Below, in pieces: positions 26,011 to 38,617 of a stretch of 64,000 nucleotides of DNA. Made by a program: the position numbers and the translations under genes. The stretch is from Malacoraja senta. Taxonomy: Eukaryota. How positions within the stretch are numbered: position 1 is the first letter of the stretch; every line of letters begins with the position of its first letter. Under the pieces are notes generated by a model. It searched no databases and was not told where the DNA came from. It saw nothing but the letters and a program-made list of their open reading frames with translations. The stretch covers positions 124,001 to 188,000 of the forward strand of contig JAXLNO010000630.1 in the NCBI GenBank assembly GCA_038087875.1, written 5' to 3'.

Positions 26011-26410
26011 ACACAGAGGCGCACACACAGACATACACACACAGACACACACACACACACACAGACAGACACACAGACACACACACACAGAGACGCGCAC
26101 AGAGACGCACACACAGACACACACACACAGACACACACACACAGACACACACACACACACACACACAGCACACACAGACGCACATACAGACACACACAGA
26201 CACACACAGAAACATGCACAGGCGCACACACATACACACACAGAGACAGACACACACAGACACACAGATGCACACAGAGGCACACAGAATCGCACTCAGA
26301 CACAGAGATGCACAGACACACACACATACACACAGACACACGCACACACACACACACACAGAACACACACACACACCACACAGACACACAGTCAGATACA
26401 CACACACACC
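25915..26410. repeat. Compound (CA)n/(CAGA) microsatellite
   Basis: About 500 bp of CA-rich repeat, explaining the HT and CV low-complexity ORFs. Confidence 0.98.
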
Positions 26411-28549
26411 AATGTTAGCAGAAACCTGCGGAGGAGATTTTACTGCCAACTGGATGAGTTATACATGTCATTTGGCACCTGACTGTGAGAGAGAACATGT
26501 GCGTATTGAAGTGCTCGAGAGAAGAGATCCTGATAATCTGACTCACTTGGAAAGGCAGATTCCACATCAACCTAACCTCTGACTTTGCAGCAAAACAACA
26601 ACAGAGTGCTGGAGTAACTCAGCGGGCCAGGCAGCATCTCTGGTGAACATTGACTTATTTGCAGTTTGCATTTTTTTGCGGTTTGTTTACATAGACATTT
26701 AGCACCAAGAGGAAAGGCAGGCAGCAACTGTTTAGTCAAGAGGAGGACTAATAATATTGTGCTGTCAAGACTGAAGGAAGTACAAGCCCATGTTTAAATA
26801 AAAACGCGCTAGAGTAATTCAGCGGGTCAGGCAACATCTCTGAAGACGAATAGGCAACATTTAGGTTTGAGATGTTTAAGAAGGAACTGCAGATGCTGGA
26901 AAATCGACGATAGACAAAAGTGCTGGAGAAACTCAGCGGGTGCGGCAGCATCTATGGAGCGAAGGAAATAGGCAACGTTTTTTAGCTGAAACCCTTCTTC
27001 TGACTCCACTTCTTCAGGCCTGTTCATAAAGTATAGGAGCAGCATTAGGCCATGCGGCCCATCAAGTCTACTCCACCATTCAATCATGGCTGATCTATCT
27101 CTCCCTCTCAATCCCATTCTCCCTCCTTCTCCCCACAACACCCATACTAATCAAGAATCTGTCAATCTCTGCCTTTAAAATGTACGTTGGAGTATAAATT
27201 AATTTTGAAGCAAGGAACTGCAAATTCTGGTTTACAAAAAAAAAGACACAAAGTGCTGGAGTAACTCAGCAGGCCAGTTAGCACCTCTGGAGAACATGGA
27301 GGTCACGTTTCGAGTCGAGACCAGAAATATGTTGCATTGGTTTTTATCTGGTAAAACTCAGATTCTAAATGAACGTCCACAAGTCTAGGTGTACCTTGAA
27401 AATAGCTCCATTCTCAGTTGAAAAAGGAACAGCATTCTAGTAAAGTTAAGATAATCTGGAAATGCTGGCACGTGAAGTTTAAAGACAGACTTGGAACCAA
27501 AGACAGCTAATAGTGGATTAAATGAGAGGCAATAAGTATAATTTGCCGTTAATCTTATGGAAATCCATTACTATGCCCATGCCAAAAGTTTTCAAAGCAA
27601 AAAGAAAATAAAACTAATTAACTGCGTTCTATTGTTTTTTTCCCCCAATATGCTCATAACCGGTTTTACTTATTTACTTGTGATTGTGTTATTAATTTGG
27701 TGTTCTGGCCATTTAGCTGCTGTAGTATCAACTTCAACACAAGTCGTGGCACAGTGGCTCTGCAGTAGAGTTGCTGGAGGGAATGGATTACAGAGGTCAT
27801 GGGGAGAACTTTCAAACTCCACACAGACAGCACCCATAGTCAGGATCGAACCCGGGTCTCTTGCGCTGTAAGGCAGCAACTCTACCGCTGTGCCATCATG
27901 CTGCCCATTTAAAGGCTTCTTAAACACCACTTATCTGCCTTCACCACAATCTCTAGCAGTGTGTTCTAGGCACACACAACCTTGTGTATAAAAAAAACTT
28001 GCTCTGAACATCTTTAGATTATGCCCTTCTCTCCTTAAAGCTACGTCCTGTGGTCTTTGACATTTCCACACTGAGAAAACTGTTGGCTGAAATATTTTGG
28101 TTCAAAAGGTGACAGTGATTTCTTGCTAATGCGATAGATATCAGATTGTACTTTTACACACTTCCAGGATCAAACAGTGCAGGACAAGAACAGGCCCTTC
28201 GGCCCACAATGTCCATGCCAAACCGTTATATTATGTATATTTTCCAAACAATATTTAATATATTGAGCCTAATGTACAGCAGGATTACCACTGAACTGTA
28301 TGCAGAAGTAGAATTTCACTCTACTTGGGAACACATGACAATAAAGTCCCATTGAATGTGGGATTCTAAACAGGCTCCTGGTCTGCATTCTGAAATCCAG
28401 TTTAATGAGATATTCTCCCATCAGGTCTCAGGAGCTCACCCACGAGAACAAGATATACCAATACTTAAAACAAATTTGAACATGCTGCATGTCAAATGCA
28501 AGTTAACTGCATCCCACAACAGTTAGACAAGGAGACATTATAAAAGACA

Positions 28550-28745
28550 AGTGCTGGAGTAACTCAGCGGGTCAGGCAACATCTCTGGAGAACATGGATA
28601 GGAGACGTTTCACAGAGTGCTGGAGTAACTCAGCGGGTCAGGCAGCATCTCTGTAGAACATGGATAGGTGACATTTCACAGAGTGCTGGAGTAACTCAGC
28701 GGGTCAGGCAGCAACTCTGGAGAACATGGATAGTAAACGTTTTGG
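28550..28745 (-). repeat. Tandem 66-bp repeat derived from a Penelope pseudo-LTR
   Basis: Units agtgctggagtaactcagcgggtcaggc... start at 28550, 28616 and 28682. Confidence 0.85.
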
Positions 28746-29206
28746 ATTGAGACCCTTCCTCAGATCAGACCTGAAACATCACTGAACCATGTGCCCCAGA
28801 GAAGCTGCTTGACCAGTTACTCCAGCATTTTGTGTCTTTTCATTGTACACCAACATCTGCTGCTCCTCGTTTGTCGGCAATTCGAGAATATGCACTCCAT
28901 GATTCAAATTTGCATTCAAATACCGCATGTATCGTAGAGTTTCACCTCAACACTGACAGCTAAAGGTTGACCAGGTCAGAATCAAGATCTAGATTCAGAA
29001 ATAACACTTTCAACATAATTTAGCTTCAGAGTCAAATCAGATAAGGAAACCTCACAACTACATACGTAGACTTGGGGGCATTGGTTTTGTCTTTTTGCAC
29101 TATTATTTAGTGTGGGTGTATGTGTGATACACACATATACAATGTACACACATATATATACATATACATATACATACTTACATATACACATACATACATA
29201 CATATA

Positions 29207-29947
29207 TCTATATAACTAAAAGTCTCATCATGACCATTTCCTGTTTGCACTGCATATTGATTTTAGAAAAAACGCTACCACTTATGGCTGTGATTGTTGG
29301 CCATCTTACTCAGAGTCCCCCTCGGCTGCGCAGGACAAGAGGATTTTTCCCATCGATGAAAAATAAAAGAGTTATTAGTGTTTTAAAAATGTTGAGATTC
29401 TCTCTCCTGTCAATAACCACCATGAAGGCCTTGCCCCTTCTGGTGGGAGGGGAGAGGGACTATAAAACCCGGATGTGTGGGCATGGCTCAGTCTCTGCAA
29501 GATGGGGAAGGGAGAGGTCACCTTGGTGGCCTTGCACCCTGCTTGAAATGGTAGGAAACTGTTTTTGAATTTGGTAGTCTTGCACCCTGCTTGCAATAGT
29601 AGGAAACTGCATTTGAATTTGGTGGCCTTGCACCGTGCTTGAAATGGAATTTCAAGTAATAGCCGTGAATCAACTGCCGGCCCACCAGCCGTAAGTGAGT
29701 GAGCTGCCAGCACACCAGGCTTGAGTGACTGAGCTGCCAGCCCAAGAATCAATTCGGCCCACAATGTCCATACTAGCCCTCTGAAAACCAGACCCTTCGG
29801 CCCACAACATCCATATTAGTGCTCCAGAAAGCCCCCCCACCCTCCCACTGGCCACCAATATTGGAATTGGTGGAGAGGTGGAATATTGCGTTGGGGGACC
29901 AGCCCTTCCGTGTGAACATGGGACCCAATGGGTCCCACTTACTCTAG
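29207..29947 (+). mobile_element. Non-autonomous Helitron
   Basis: Begins A|TC(tatataactaaaag), has a subterminal hairpin tgggaccca-a-tgggtccca at 29919-29937, ends CTAG|T, shows no TSD, and carries internal ~50-bp repeats. Confidence 0.8.
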
Positions 29948-29977
29948 TACTAGACTATCTAGTATCTGAATCAAGTA

Positions 29978-30985
29978 TCTATATTACTAAAAGTCTGATC
30001 TTGACCACTTCCTGTTCTGTATATTGATTTTAGAAAAAAACGCTGTCACTTACGGCTGTGAATTTTGGCCATCTTATTCAGAGTCCCCCTCCGCTGCGCT
30101 GGACAAGATGATTTTTCCTATCGATGAAAAATAAAAGAATTATTAGTGTTTAAAAAATGTTGAGATTCTCTCTCCTGAAGGCCGCGCCCCTTCCGGAGGG
30201 ATTATAAAACCAGAAAGTGTTGAGCGCCTCAGTCATTCTCTGCAAGATGGGGGAGCAAGAGGGTCACGTCTCTTAGTCTGAGCTGTGAATAACACTGAAC
30301 ACATGTCTACTAACCTGTGAGTGGTTTTACTGACCAGTCAGTGCCCTTGATATGGTTTGAAAATATAGTTTGGAAATGCTAAAGCTGTGTTGCCTTTGGT
30401 TTGGAAATGCTAAAGTTGTGTTGCCTTTGGTTTGGTAATGCTAAAGCTGTGTTGCTTTTGGTTTGGAAATGCAAAAGCTGTGCAGCCTAATTAAAGTTGT
30501 CTTGCCTAATTAAAGTTGCCTTGCCTAATTAAAGTTGCCTTGCCTTCTATATAATTAAAAGTCTAATCTTGACCACTTCCTGTTTGCGCTTTATATAGAT
30601 TTTAGAAAAAACACTACCACGTATGGCTGTGATTTTTGGCAATCTTACTCAGAGTCCCCCTCCGCTCATCAGGTGCCGAGGATTTCTCCCATCGATTAAA
30701 AATAAAAGAGTTATTAGTGTTTTTAAAATGTTGAGATTCTCCCTCATGTAAATCACGCCATGAAGGCCATGCCCTTTCTGGTGGGAGGGGGGGAGGGACT
30801 ATAAAACCCAGAAGTGTGGGCATGGCTCAGTCTCTGCAAGATGGAGGGAGAGGTCACTAGCGCTCCAGGAAGCCACCCCCCCCCCACCCCAACCCCCACT
30901 GGCCACCAATATTGGAATTGGTGGAGAGGTGGAATATTGTATTGGGGGACCAGCCCTCCCGTGTGAACATGGGACCCATGGGTGA
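29978..30985 (+). mobile_element. Second composite non-autonomous Helitron with two 5' ends and internal minisatellites
   Basis: TCTATA..AAAAGTCT 5' ends at 29978 and ~30546. ~30-bp (ggtttggaaatgctaaagctgtgttgcctt) and ~20-bp repeats at 30350-30545. The 3' hairpin is truncated at ~30983. Confidence 0.7.
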
Positions 30986-32368
30986 AGAAGTTTTATCTCA
31001 TCTCAGACTTAACACACATACATACACACACTGATCTTTTTTTCCCCTCTTTTGGCTTCCTCGTGCACCTATTTTCTATGTTTCTATGTTTCTTTTGTCA
31101 TATTGTTTACAGTGTACTATGTTTACATATTCTGTTGTACTGCTGCAAGTAAGAATCTCATTGTCCTATCCAGGACATATGACAATAAAAAACTTCTAAC
31201 TTTCTTAGTGACAAGCAGCTGACCACTAATAAACCTCAGACCATTTATAAAATGTTAAAAGCTAGAATATGCCATGCCATGATTAAAACGTACACAAAAT
31301 CTATTCAATTTTAAATGGTGGCACTGTTTATGCATAGTGTTAAAAAAATGTCCAAGTGCATTTTTAATTTCAATAATTATAGATAATGTCACGTTAAAGT
31401 ATTTAAAAGACACATCTCCAGTCAGATCGGAGCATGGAGAGCTGCGGTGACGCGCGGCTGTGACCCGACCCCGGAGATTCGGAGGCTCCAGCCGCAGGTC
31501 TGGTGGACGGTGACATCGGGAGCTCGCGGGTCCCTGGTGGGAGACTGCTTTTCGGGGCTCCCGCAACGGTAACTTCTCCCGCCCGAGTTCCGGGGTTGAA
31601 GATGACCTGGAGCTGGGTCTAACATCGCCCGGCGCGGCTTTAATGGCCGCGCGACTTATTTTCCATCGCCCGCCGGGGGCTCTGACTCTGACATCGGGAG
31701 GAGAATGGGGAGTGCAGGGGAGAGATAAGACTTTGCCTTCTCCTCCTCGCTGTGATGGATGTTTGTGTAAATTGTGTTGTGTCTTGGTTCTTTTTACTTG
31801 TTTGTATGACTGCAGAAACCAAATTTTGTTTGAACTTCATTTGAGGTTCAAATGACAATAAATGGTATTGTATTGTATTGTATGTATTCACCAACATAGG
31901 GAAATAATACCATATTTTGCATTTGCCTCACAGACAAGTCGGAAGCAAGCAGAGTTGATTTTGAGAAAGTCATTTTACAGATACAGACAGGTCTGGATCC
32001 AGCAGATAGCCCAGACTCCTTGTTCAAAGCAATCTCTCCCTGGTAAACCAATGCTCCACGGAGCTTGGTCCTGGAATATGACAGGCAACGAAGTTCCAGA
32101 TGAAATTCTCTTTTCCGATATTGACTGGTAGCTGTTCAGGGACGATTGACGGAAGTAAACTGCTGAGCTGGTTTAATCTGCACTGTGCTCCCACACAGAC
32201 TTTGTGACTCCCACTTTGAAGAGCGTGGGGAAAACAAAACGCAACTCCGCAGTGCCAGAAAGCTACTTCATATTTTGAACAGCCTTCACTGTGATTTGAC
32301 ACATGTAGATCAGTGTCACTCATGTTATGAGTCATACTTTGTAGTTACGCCCACTAGCTTTACAGTAA

Positions 32369-32597
32369 TGGGCCTGTCCCACTATACGAGTTTACCCAAG
32401 AGCTCTCCTGAGTTTTTAAAAAAACCTCGTGGTAAGTACGTAGAATGTACGTAGCAGGTACGTCGGAGCTCGGGACGTCTCTTAACGGCTCGTGTCGCTA
32501 ACGGCAGATAAGCTCTTGAAGTTTTTACAACTGTGTGAAAAATGTCCACGAGAGCTCCGAGAACTCTTGCATTACCTCGTACAGTGGGACAGGCACT
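32369..32597. mobile_element. Short Harbinger-type MITE
   Basis: TIRs gggcctgtcccactatacgag / ctcgtacagtgggacaggcac with TAA on both sides. Confidence 0.75.
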
Positions 32598-32724
32598 TAA
32601 CCCTCCCTGCCTGCTTCCCAAATTATTGGACCAACATGCTGGCATGAAGTTACCGAATCTGTAAAGGTAATAAAGTCTTTGGACCTTTATCACTGTGTAA
32701 GGCTTTAGTTATTTGAACAGCAAC

Positions 32725-33345
32725 ATCAAGATTCAAGAGAGTTTATTGTCATGTGTCCCTGATAGGACAATTAAATTCTCGCTTTGCTTCAGCACAACAG
32801 AACATAGTAGGCATGAATACAGAACAGATCACTGTGTCCATATACCATTATATAAATATATACACACATTAATAAATAAACTGATGAAGTGCAAATAAGC
32901 AGATAATGGGCTATTAATGTTCAGAGTATTGTCCGAGCCAAATTTAATAGCCTGATGGCTGTGGGGAAGTAGCTATTCCTGAACCTGGTCATTGCAGTCT
33001 TCAGGCTCCTGTACCTTCCACCTGAAGGTAGTGGTGAGATGAGTGTGTGGCCAGGATGGTGTAGGTCCTTGATGTTGCTGCCAGCCTTTTTGAGGCAGCG
33101 ACTGCGATAGATCCTCTCGATGGAAGAGAGGTCAGAGCCGATGATGGACTGGGCAGTGTTTACTACTTTTTGTAGTCTTTTCCACTCCAGGGCACTCAAA
33201 TTGCCGAACCAAACCACAATGCAACCGGAAAGCATGCTCTCTACTGTGCACCTGTAGAAGTAGAGAGAGTCCTCCTTGACATACCGACTCTCCGTAATCT
33301 TCTCAGGAAGTAGAGGCACTGATGTGCTTTCTTAATAATTGCATC
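32725..33345 (-). mobile_element. Rex/Babar LINE 3' fragment
   Basis: ORF 32921-33319 FYRCTVES...WFGN...RLQKVV..AQSIIG...LPSGGRYRS...RFRNSYFPTAIRLLN. Confidence 0.85.
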
Positions 33346-33346
33346 A

Positions 33347-35497
33347 TGGTGTCAGAGTATACTAACATGGTGTCAGAGTATACAAAACTCACTCCTTGTT
33401 TAATTTGATTGTTTTTATTTTATTTTATTTTTTTAAACTGTATTGCAATGGCTTCTGCTCTCAGACAACCAGAAATCCTGGTATTTGATGAGGATCTCGC
33501 AGAATGATGGCGAGCATTTGAAGAAGATTTCTCAATTTACATTGAAGCAGCACACCCTACTGCTGATCATGGTGTTCAAGCGTCAATCCTTCTTAATTTG
33601 GCAGGCACAGAAGCTGCTCGTCGTACCAGACCATTTCACTATGAACCAGAATGATGGCGAGTAGAAATAGTGGATGCATTAGTAATAATCTTTCAAAACT
33701 CTTTAGATTCTGGAGTAGTTCCTGAGGATTGGCGGGTAGCAAACGTAACCCCACTTTTTAAGAAGGGAGGGAGAGAGAAAACGGGGAATTACAGACCAGT
33801 TAGTCTAACGTCGGTAGTGGGGAAACTGCTAGAGTCACTTATTAAAGATGGGATAGCAGCACATTTGGAAAGTGGTGAAATCATTGGACAAAGTCAGCAT
33901 GGATTTACGAAAGGTAAATCATGTCTGACGAATCTTATAGAATTTTTCGAGGATGTAACTAGTAGCGTGGATAGGGGAGAACCAGTGGATGTGGTGTATG
34001 TGGACTTCCAGAAGGCTTTCGACAAGGTCCCACATAAGAGATTAGTATACAAACTTAAAGCACATGGCATTGGGGGTTCAGTATTGATGTGGATAGAGAA
34101 CTGGCTGGCAAACAAAGAGTAGGAGTAAACGGGTCCTTTTCACAATGGCAGACAGTGACTAGTGGGGTACCGCAAGGCTCAGTGCTGGGACCCCAGCTAT
34201 TTACAATATATATTAATGATCTGGATGAGGGAATTGAAGGCAATATCTCCAAGTTTGCGGATGACACTAAGCTGGGGGGCAGTGTTAGCTGTGAGGAGGA
34301 TGCTAGGAGACTGCAAGGTGACTTGGATAGGCTGGGTGAGTGGGCAAATGTTTGGCAGATGCAGTATAATGTGGATAAATGTGAGGTTATCCATTTTGGT
34401 GGCAAAAACAGGAAAGCAGACTATTATCTAAATGGTGGCCGACTAGGAAAAGGGGAGATGCAGCGAGACCTGGGTGTCATGGTACACCAGTCATTGAAAG
34501 TAGGCATGCAGGTGCAGCAGGCAGTGAAGAAAGCGAATGGTATGTTAGCTTTCATAGCAAAAGGATTTGAGTATCGGAGCAGGGAGGTTCTACTGCAGTT
34601 GTACAGGGTCTTGGTGAGACCACACCTGGAGTATTGCATACAGTTTTGGTCTCCAAATCTGAGGAAGGACATTATTGCCATAGAGGGAGTGCAGAGAAGG
34701 TTCACCAGACTGATTCCTGGGATGTCAGGACTGTCTTATGAAGAAAGACTGGATAGACTTGGTTTATACTCTCTAGAATTTAGGAGATTGAGAGGGGATC
34801 TTATAGAAACTTACAAAATTCTTAAGGGGTTGGACAGGCTAGATGCAGGAAGATTGCTCCCGATGTTGGGGAAGTCCAGGACAAGGGGTCACAGCTTAAG
34901 GATAAGGGGGAAATCCTTTAAAACCGAGATAAGAAGAACTTTTTTCACACAGAGAGTGGTGAATCTCTGGAACTCTCTGCCACAGAGGGTAGTTGAGGCC
35001 AGTTCATTGGCTATATTTAAGAGGGAGTTAGATGTGGCCCTTGTGGCTAAAGGGATCAGAGGGTATGGAGAGAAGGCAGGTACGGGATACTGAGTTGGAT
35101 GATCAGCCATGATCATATTGAATGGTGGTACAAGCTCGAAGGGCCGAATGGCCTACTCCTGCACCTAATTTCTATGTTTCTATGTTTCTATGAGTATTTG
35201 AAGAAGATTTCTCAATTTACATTGAAGCAGCACACCCTACTGCTGATCCTGGTGTTCAAGCGTCAATCCTTCTTAATTTGGCAGGCACAGAAGCTGCTCG
35301 TCGTACCAGACAATTTCACTATGAACCAGCTAGACATGACCAGGCTGGTGTCCAGATTGCTCCTGCTGAATCCATTCGAGACCCTGACTGCCTATTGCGC
35401 AAATTTCCAACAATTATGTGAGTTACGCCCCAATTTAGTGATTGAGCGGCATCTGTTTTTTTCACATAGCCAGAGACACGGAGAACCTGTGGAGTTG
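33347..35497 (+). mobile_element. Ty3/Gypsy internal relic: PBS-like sequence plus gag N-terminus, interrupted by CR1
   Basis: ca-tggtgtcagag (PBS-like) at 33347 and 33368. From ATG 33448: MASALRQPEILVFDEDLAE*WRAFEEDFSIYIEAA...ASILLNLAG, and later NLVIERHLFFSHSQRHGEPVE, resembling Gypsy gag. Confidence 0.6.
33662..35190 (+). mobile_element. CR1 LINE 3' half
   Basis: ORFs 33670-34122 and 34089-35093 (RT), a (tttctatg)n tail, and a short gagta duplication at the ends. Confidence 0.92.
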
Positions 35498-36470
35498 TAG
35501 AAACATAGAAAATAGGTGCAGGAGGAGGCCATTCGGCCCATTGAGCCAGCACCGCCATTCATTGTGATCATGGCTGATCATCCCCAATCAATAACCCGTG
35601 CCTGCCTTCTCCCCATATCTCTTGATTCCACTTGCCCCTGGAGTTCTATCTAACTCTCTCTTAAATCCATCTAGTGATTTGGCCTCCACTGCCCTCTGTG
35701 GCAGGGAATTCCATAAATTCACAACTCTCTGGGTGAAAACGTTTTTTCTCACCTCAGTCTTAAATGGCCTCCCCTGTATTCTAAGTCTGTGGCTCCTGGT
35801 TCTGGACTCACCCAACATTGGGAACATGTTTCCTGCCTCGAGCTTGTCCAGTCCTTTTATAATTTTAAATGTTTCTATAAGATACCCCCTCATCCTTCTA
35901 AACTCCAGTGAATACAAGCCTAGTCTTTTCAATCTTTCCTCACATGACTGTCCCGCCATCCCAGGGATCAATCTCGAGAACCTACACTGCACTGCCTCAA
36001 TCACAAGGATGTCCTTCCTCAAATTAGGAGACCAAAACTGTACACAATACTCCAGATGTGGTCTCTCCAGAGCCCAATACAACTGCAGAAGAACCTCTTT
36101 ACTCCTATACTGAAATCCTCTTGTTATGAAGGCCAACATTCCATTAGCTTTCTTCACTGCCTGGTGTACCTGCACGCCAACATTCAGTGACCGGTGTACA
36201 GGGACACCCAGGTCTCGCTGTACCTCCCCCTTACCTAACCTAACCCCATTGAGATAATAATCTGCCACCTTGATTTTACCACCAAAGTGGATAACCTCAC
36301 ATTTATCTATATTATACTACATCTGCGACGCATCCGCCCACTCACTCAACCTGTCCAGGTCACCCTGCACCCTCCTAACACCCTCTTCACCGTTCACACT
36401 GCCACCCAGCTTTGTGTCATCTTCAAACTTGCTATTGTTGCTCCTAGTTCCCTCTTCCAAATATATATGA
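35498..36470 (-). mobile_element. CR1 LINE 3' fragment
   Basis: ORF 35588-36268 and the reverse-complement tail tagaaacatagaaa. Confidence 0.9.
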
Positions 36471-36643
36471 ATAAGGCCGCCGTTTATCCCGGAGAATTTC
36501 CCAAGAGCGCTGGAGTTAAATAATATCGCAAAGTTACTGACAGACCTCAAGACGAACATTGCTGAATTACTTTAAAATGCAGCTGATCAGCACAACCCTG
36601 ATGTCAAAGAAAATGGAGGTTGTTTTTTCAAAGTAAAACTTAC

Positions 36644-36722
36644 ATTAATGTGGTTGACAAGTTCGTTTGTAAGCCGAACGGCCAAATTTGAGATGCCTGC
36701 CTTTCTGTCGTCAAAAAGTGGC
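36644..36722 (-). pseudogene. Mx: Mx (interferon-induced dynamin-like GTPase) exon, 79 bp
   Basis: Bounded by AG (36724-36723) and GTAAGT (36643). Encodes PLFDDRKAGISNLAVRLTNELVNHIN, matching Mx LLEEGKATVPCLAEKLTSELITHI, in frame with the 199-bp exon. Confidence 0.88.
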
Positions 36723-37420
36723 CTAGTTATTAAAATTGTGGGAAAAAAGAATAACTTGGTCAAGGTTGAAACATTGCGAGATATTGGCAAAATAACAATC
36801 AAACAATTTTACATTGCTTGCAGATGGAAACCAAAACTCTGTTGATACAAAGCGAACTTCCAAGGACGGCATTGTGGCGCAGCGATAGAGTTGCTGCCTT
36901 GCAGCGCCAGAGACCTGACGGGCATCAGGGATTATGGGGAAAAAGCAGGAGAATCGGGTTAGAAGAAAGAGATAGATCAGCCATGATTGATTGGCGGAGT
37001 AGACTTGATGGGCCGAATGGCCCAAATTCTGCTCCTATCATTTATGACCTTATGAGACCCAGGTTAGATCCCGACTACGGGTGCTTTTCTGCACAGAGTT
37101 TGTACGTTCTCCCCGTCACCTTCAATGGTTTCCTCCCACACTCCAAGGATTGTCCCTAGTGTGTGTAGGACAGTGTTAACATGCAGGGATCGCTGGTCAG
37201 TGCAGACACGGTGGGCCGAAGCGCCTTTTTCCTCGCTGTATCTCTTAACTAAACAATGTGATATTTGACTCAATGGCATACATTGTCCTGGGACAGCAAG
37301 GCGACTATTTGGTGCAGCTTGATATGAAGGCCGTTTGCGCATGTAACTGTTAGGTGTCTACCATCTACACAATCTGCCATCTCCACTTCACTTAATGGAA
37401 AACAAGTCTTCACCATTTAC

Positions 37421-37619
37421 CCAAATTGTTCATGGTTTTCAAAAAATGCCTTTTCCTTTGCGATTGCATCCACCAGTGATATATTTTCATTGATGTCGTT
37501 CTAGCCACTACACTTAATGATCATGTGTCCCTTCGCCAGCTCTACTGTCAGGTTCTGCACAATGTCAACTACGTTCTTCTCTGTTCCTTTATCCACCAGG
37601 TCAAGTTTGGTCAAAATAC
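37421..37619 (-). pseudogene. Mx: Mx exon, 199 bp, containing the GTPase G4 motif and a premature stop
   Basis: AG/GT bounded. Encodes (G)[64 protein letters not shown], versus Mx [37 protein letters not shown] at 37503-37501. Confidence 0.92.
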
Positions 37620-37866
37620 CTTCAAATTTAAAAGTAAAAAGGGAAAGATTATGGAATTAATTTGTTGCCACTGATTAGTGGTTGTGGTGCCCGAAATATG
37701 GAAAATAATAAGGAAGATGATATGGAACTATAATTGTCACATGTACCGAGGTACAGTTAAGTTCATTTTTATATCCAATTCAGTACAACATATGCACTAT
37801 ATTAGGGCGGTACGGTGGCAAAGCGGTAGAGTTGCTGCCTTACAGCACCAAAGATCTGGGTTTGAT

Positions 37867-38510
37867 AGACAATAGACAATGTGTGCAGGAGTAGGCCATT
37901 CGGTCCTTCGAGCCAGCACAGCCATTCAATGTGATCATGGCTGATCATCCCTAATCAGCACTCCTTTCCTGCCATCTCCCCATATCCCGTGACTCCGCAA
38001 TCTTTAAGAGCCCTATCTAGCTCTCTCTTCAAACTATCCAGAGGACAGGCCTCCACCACCCTCTGAGGCAGAGAATTCCACAGACTCACAACTCTCTGTG
38101 TGAAGTACTGTTTCCTCCTCCCCGTTCTAAATGGCTTACCCCTTATTCTTAAACTGTGGCCCCTGGTTCTGGACTCTCCCAACATCTGGATCATATTTCC
38201 TACCTCTACCGTGTCCAAATCCTTAGTAATCTTATATGTTTCAATAAGATGCCCTCTCATCCTTCTAAACTCCAGACTATACAAGCCCAGTCGCTCCATT
38301 CTCTCAGCATATGACAGTCCCGCCATCCCGGGAATTAACCTTGTAAACCTATGCTGCACTCCCTCAATAGCAAGAATGTCCTTCCTCAAATTAGGAGGCC
38401 AAAACTGCACACAATACTCCAGATGTGTTCTCACTAGGGCCCCATACAACTGCAGAAGTACCTCTTTGCTCAACTCCTCTTGTTATGAAGGCCAACATAC
38501 CATTCGCTTT
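37867..38510 (-). mobile_element. CR1 3' fragment nested in a V-SINE
   Basis: ORF 37955-38473. The SINE head lies at 37805-37866 and the SINE body resumes at ~38512. Confidence 0.85.
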
Positions 38511-38617
38511 CAGATGCTGTCAGTATGGAGTTTGTATGTTCTCCCTGTGACGGCGTGGGTTTTCTCCGAGATCTTTGGTATCCTCCCACACCCCAAGGAT
38601 GTACAGGTTTGTAGATT

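Noticed and set aside
25722..26582. Long His/Thr- and Cys/Val-rich ORFs
   Set aside because: They are translations of the CA microsatellite.
28550..28745. CRISPR-like regular repeat
   Set aside because: There are no unique spacers, the context is eukaryotic, and the unit is PLE-derived.
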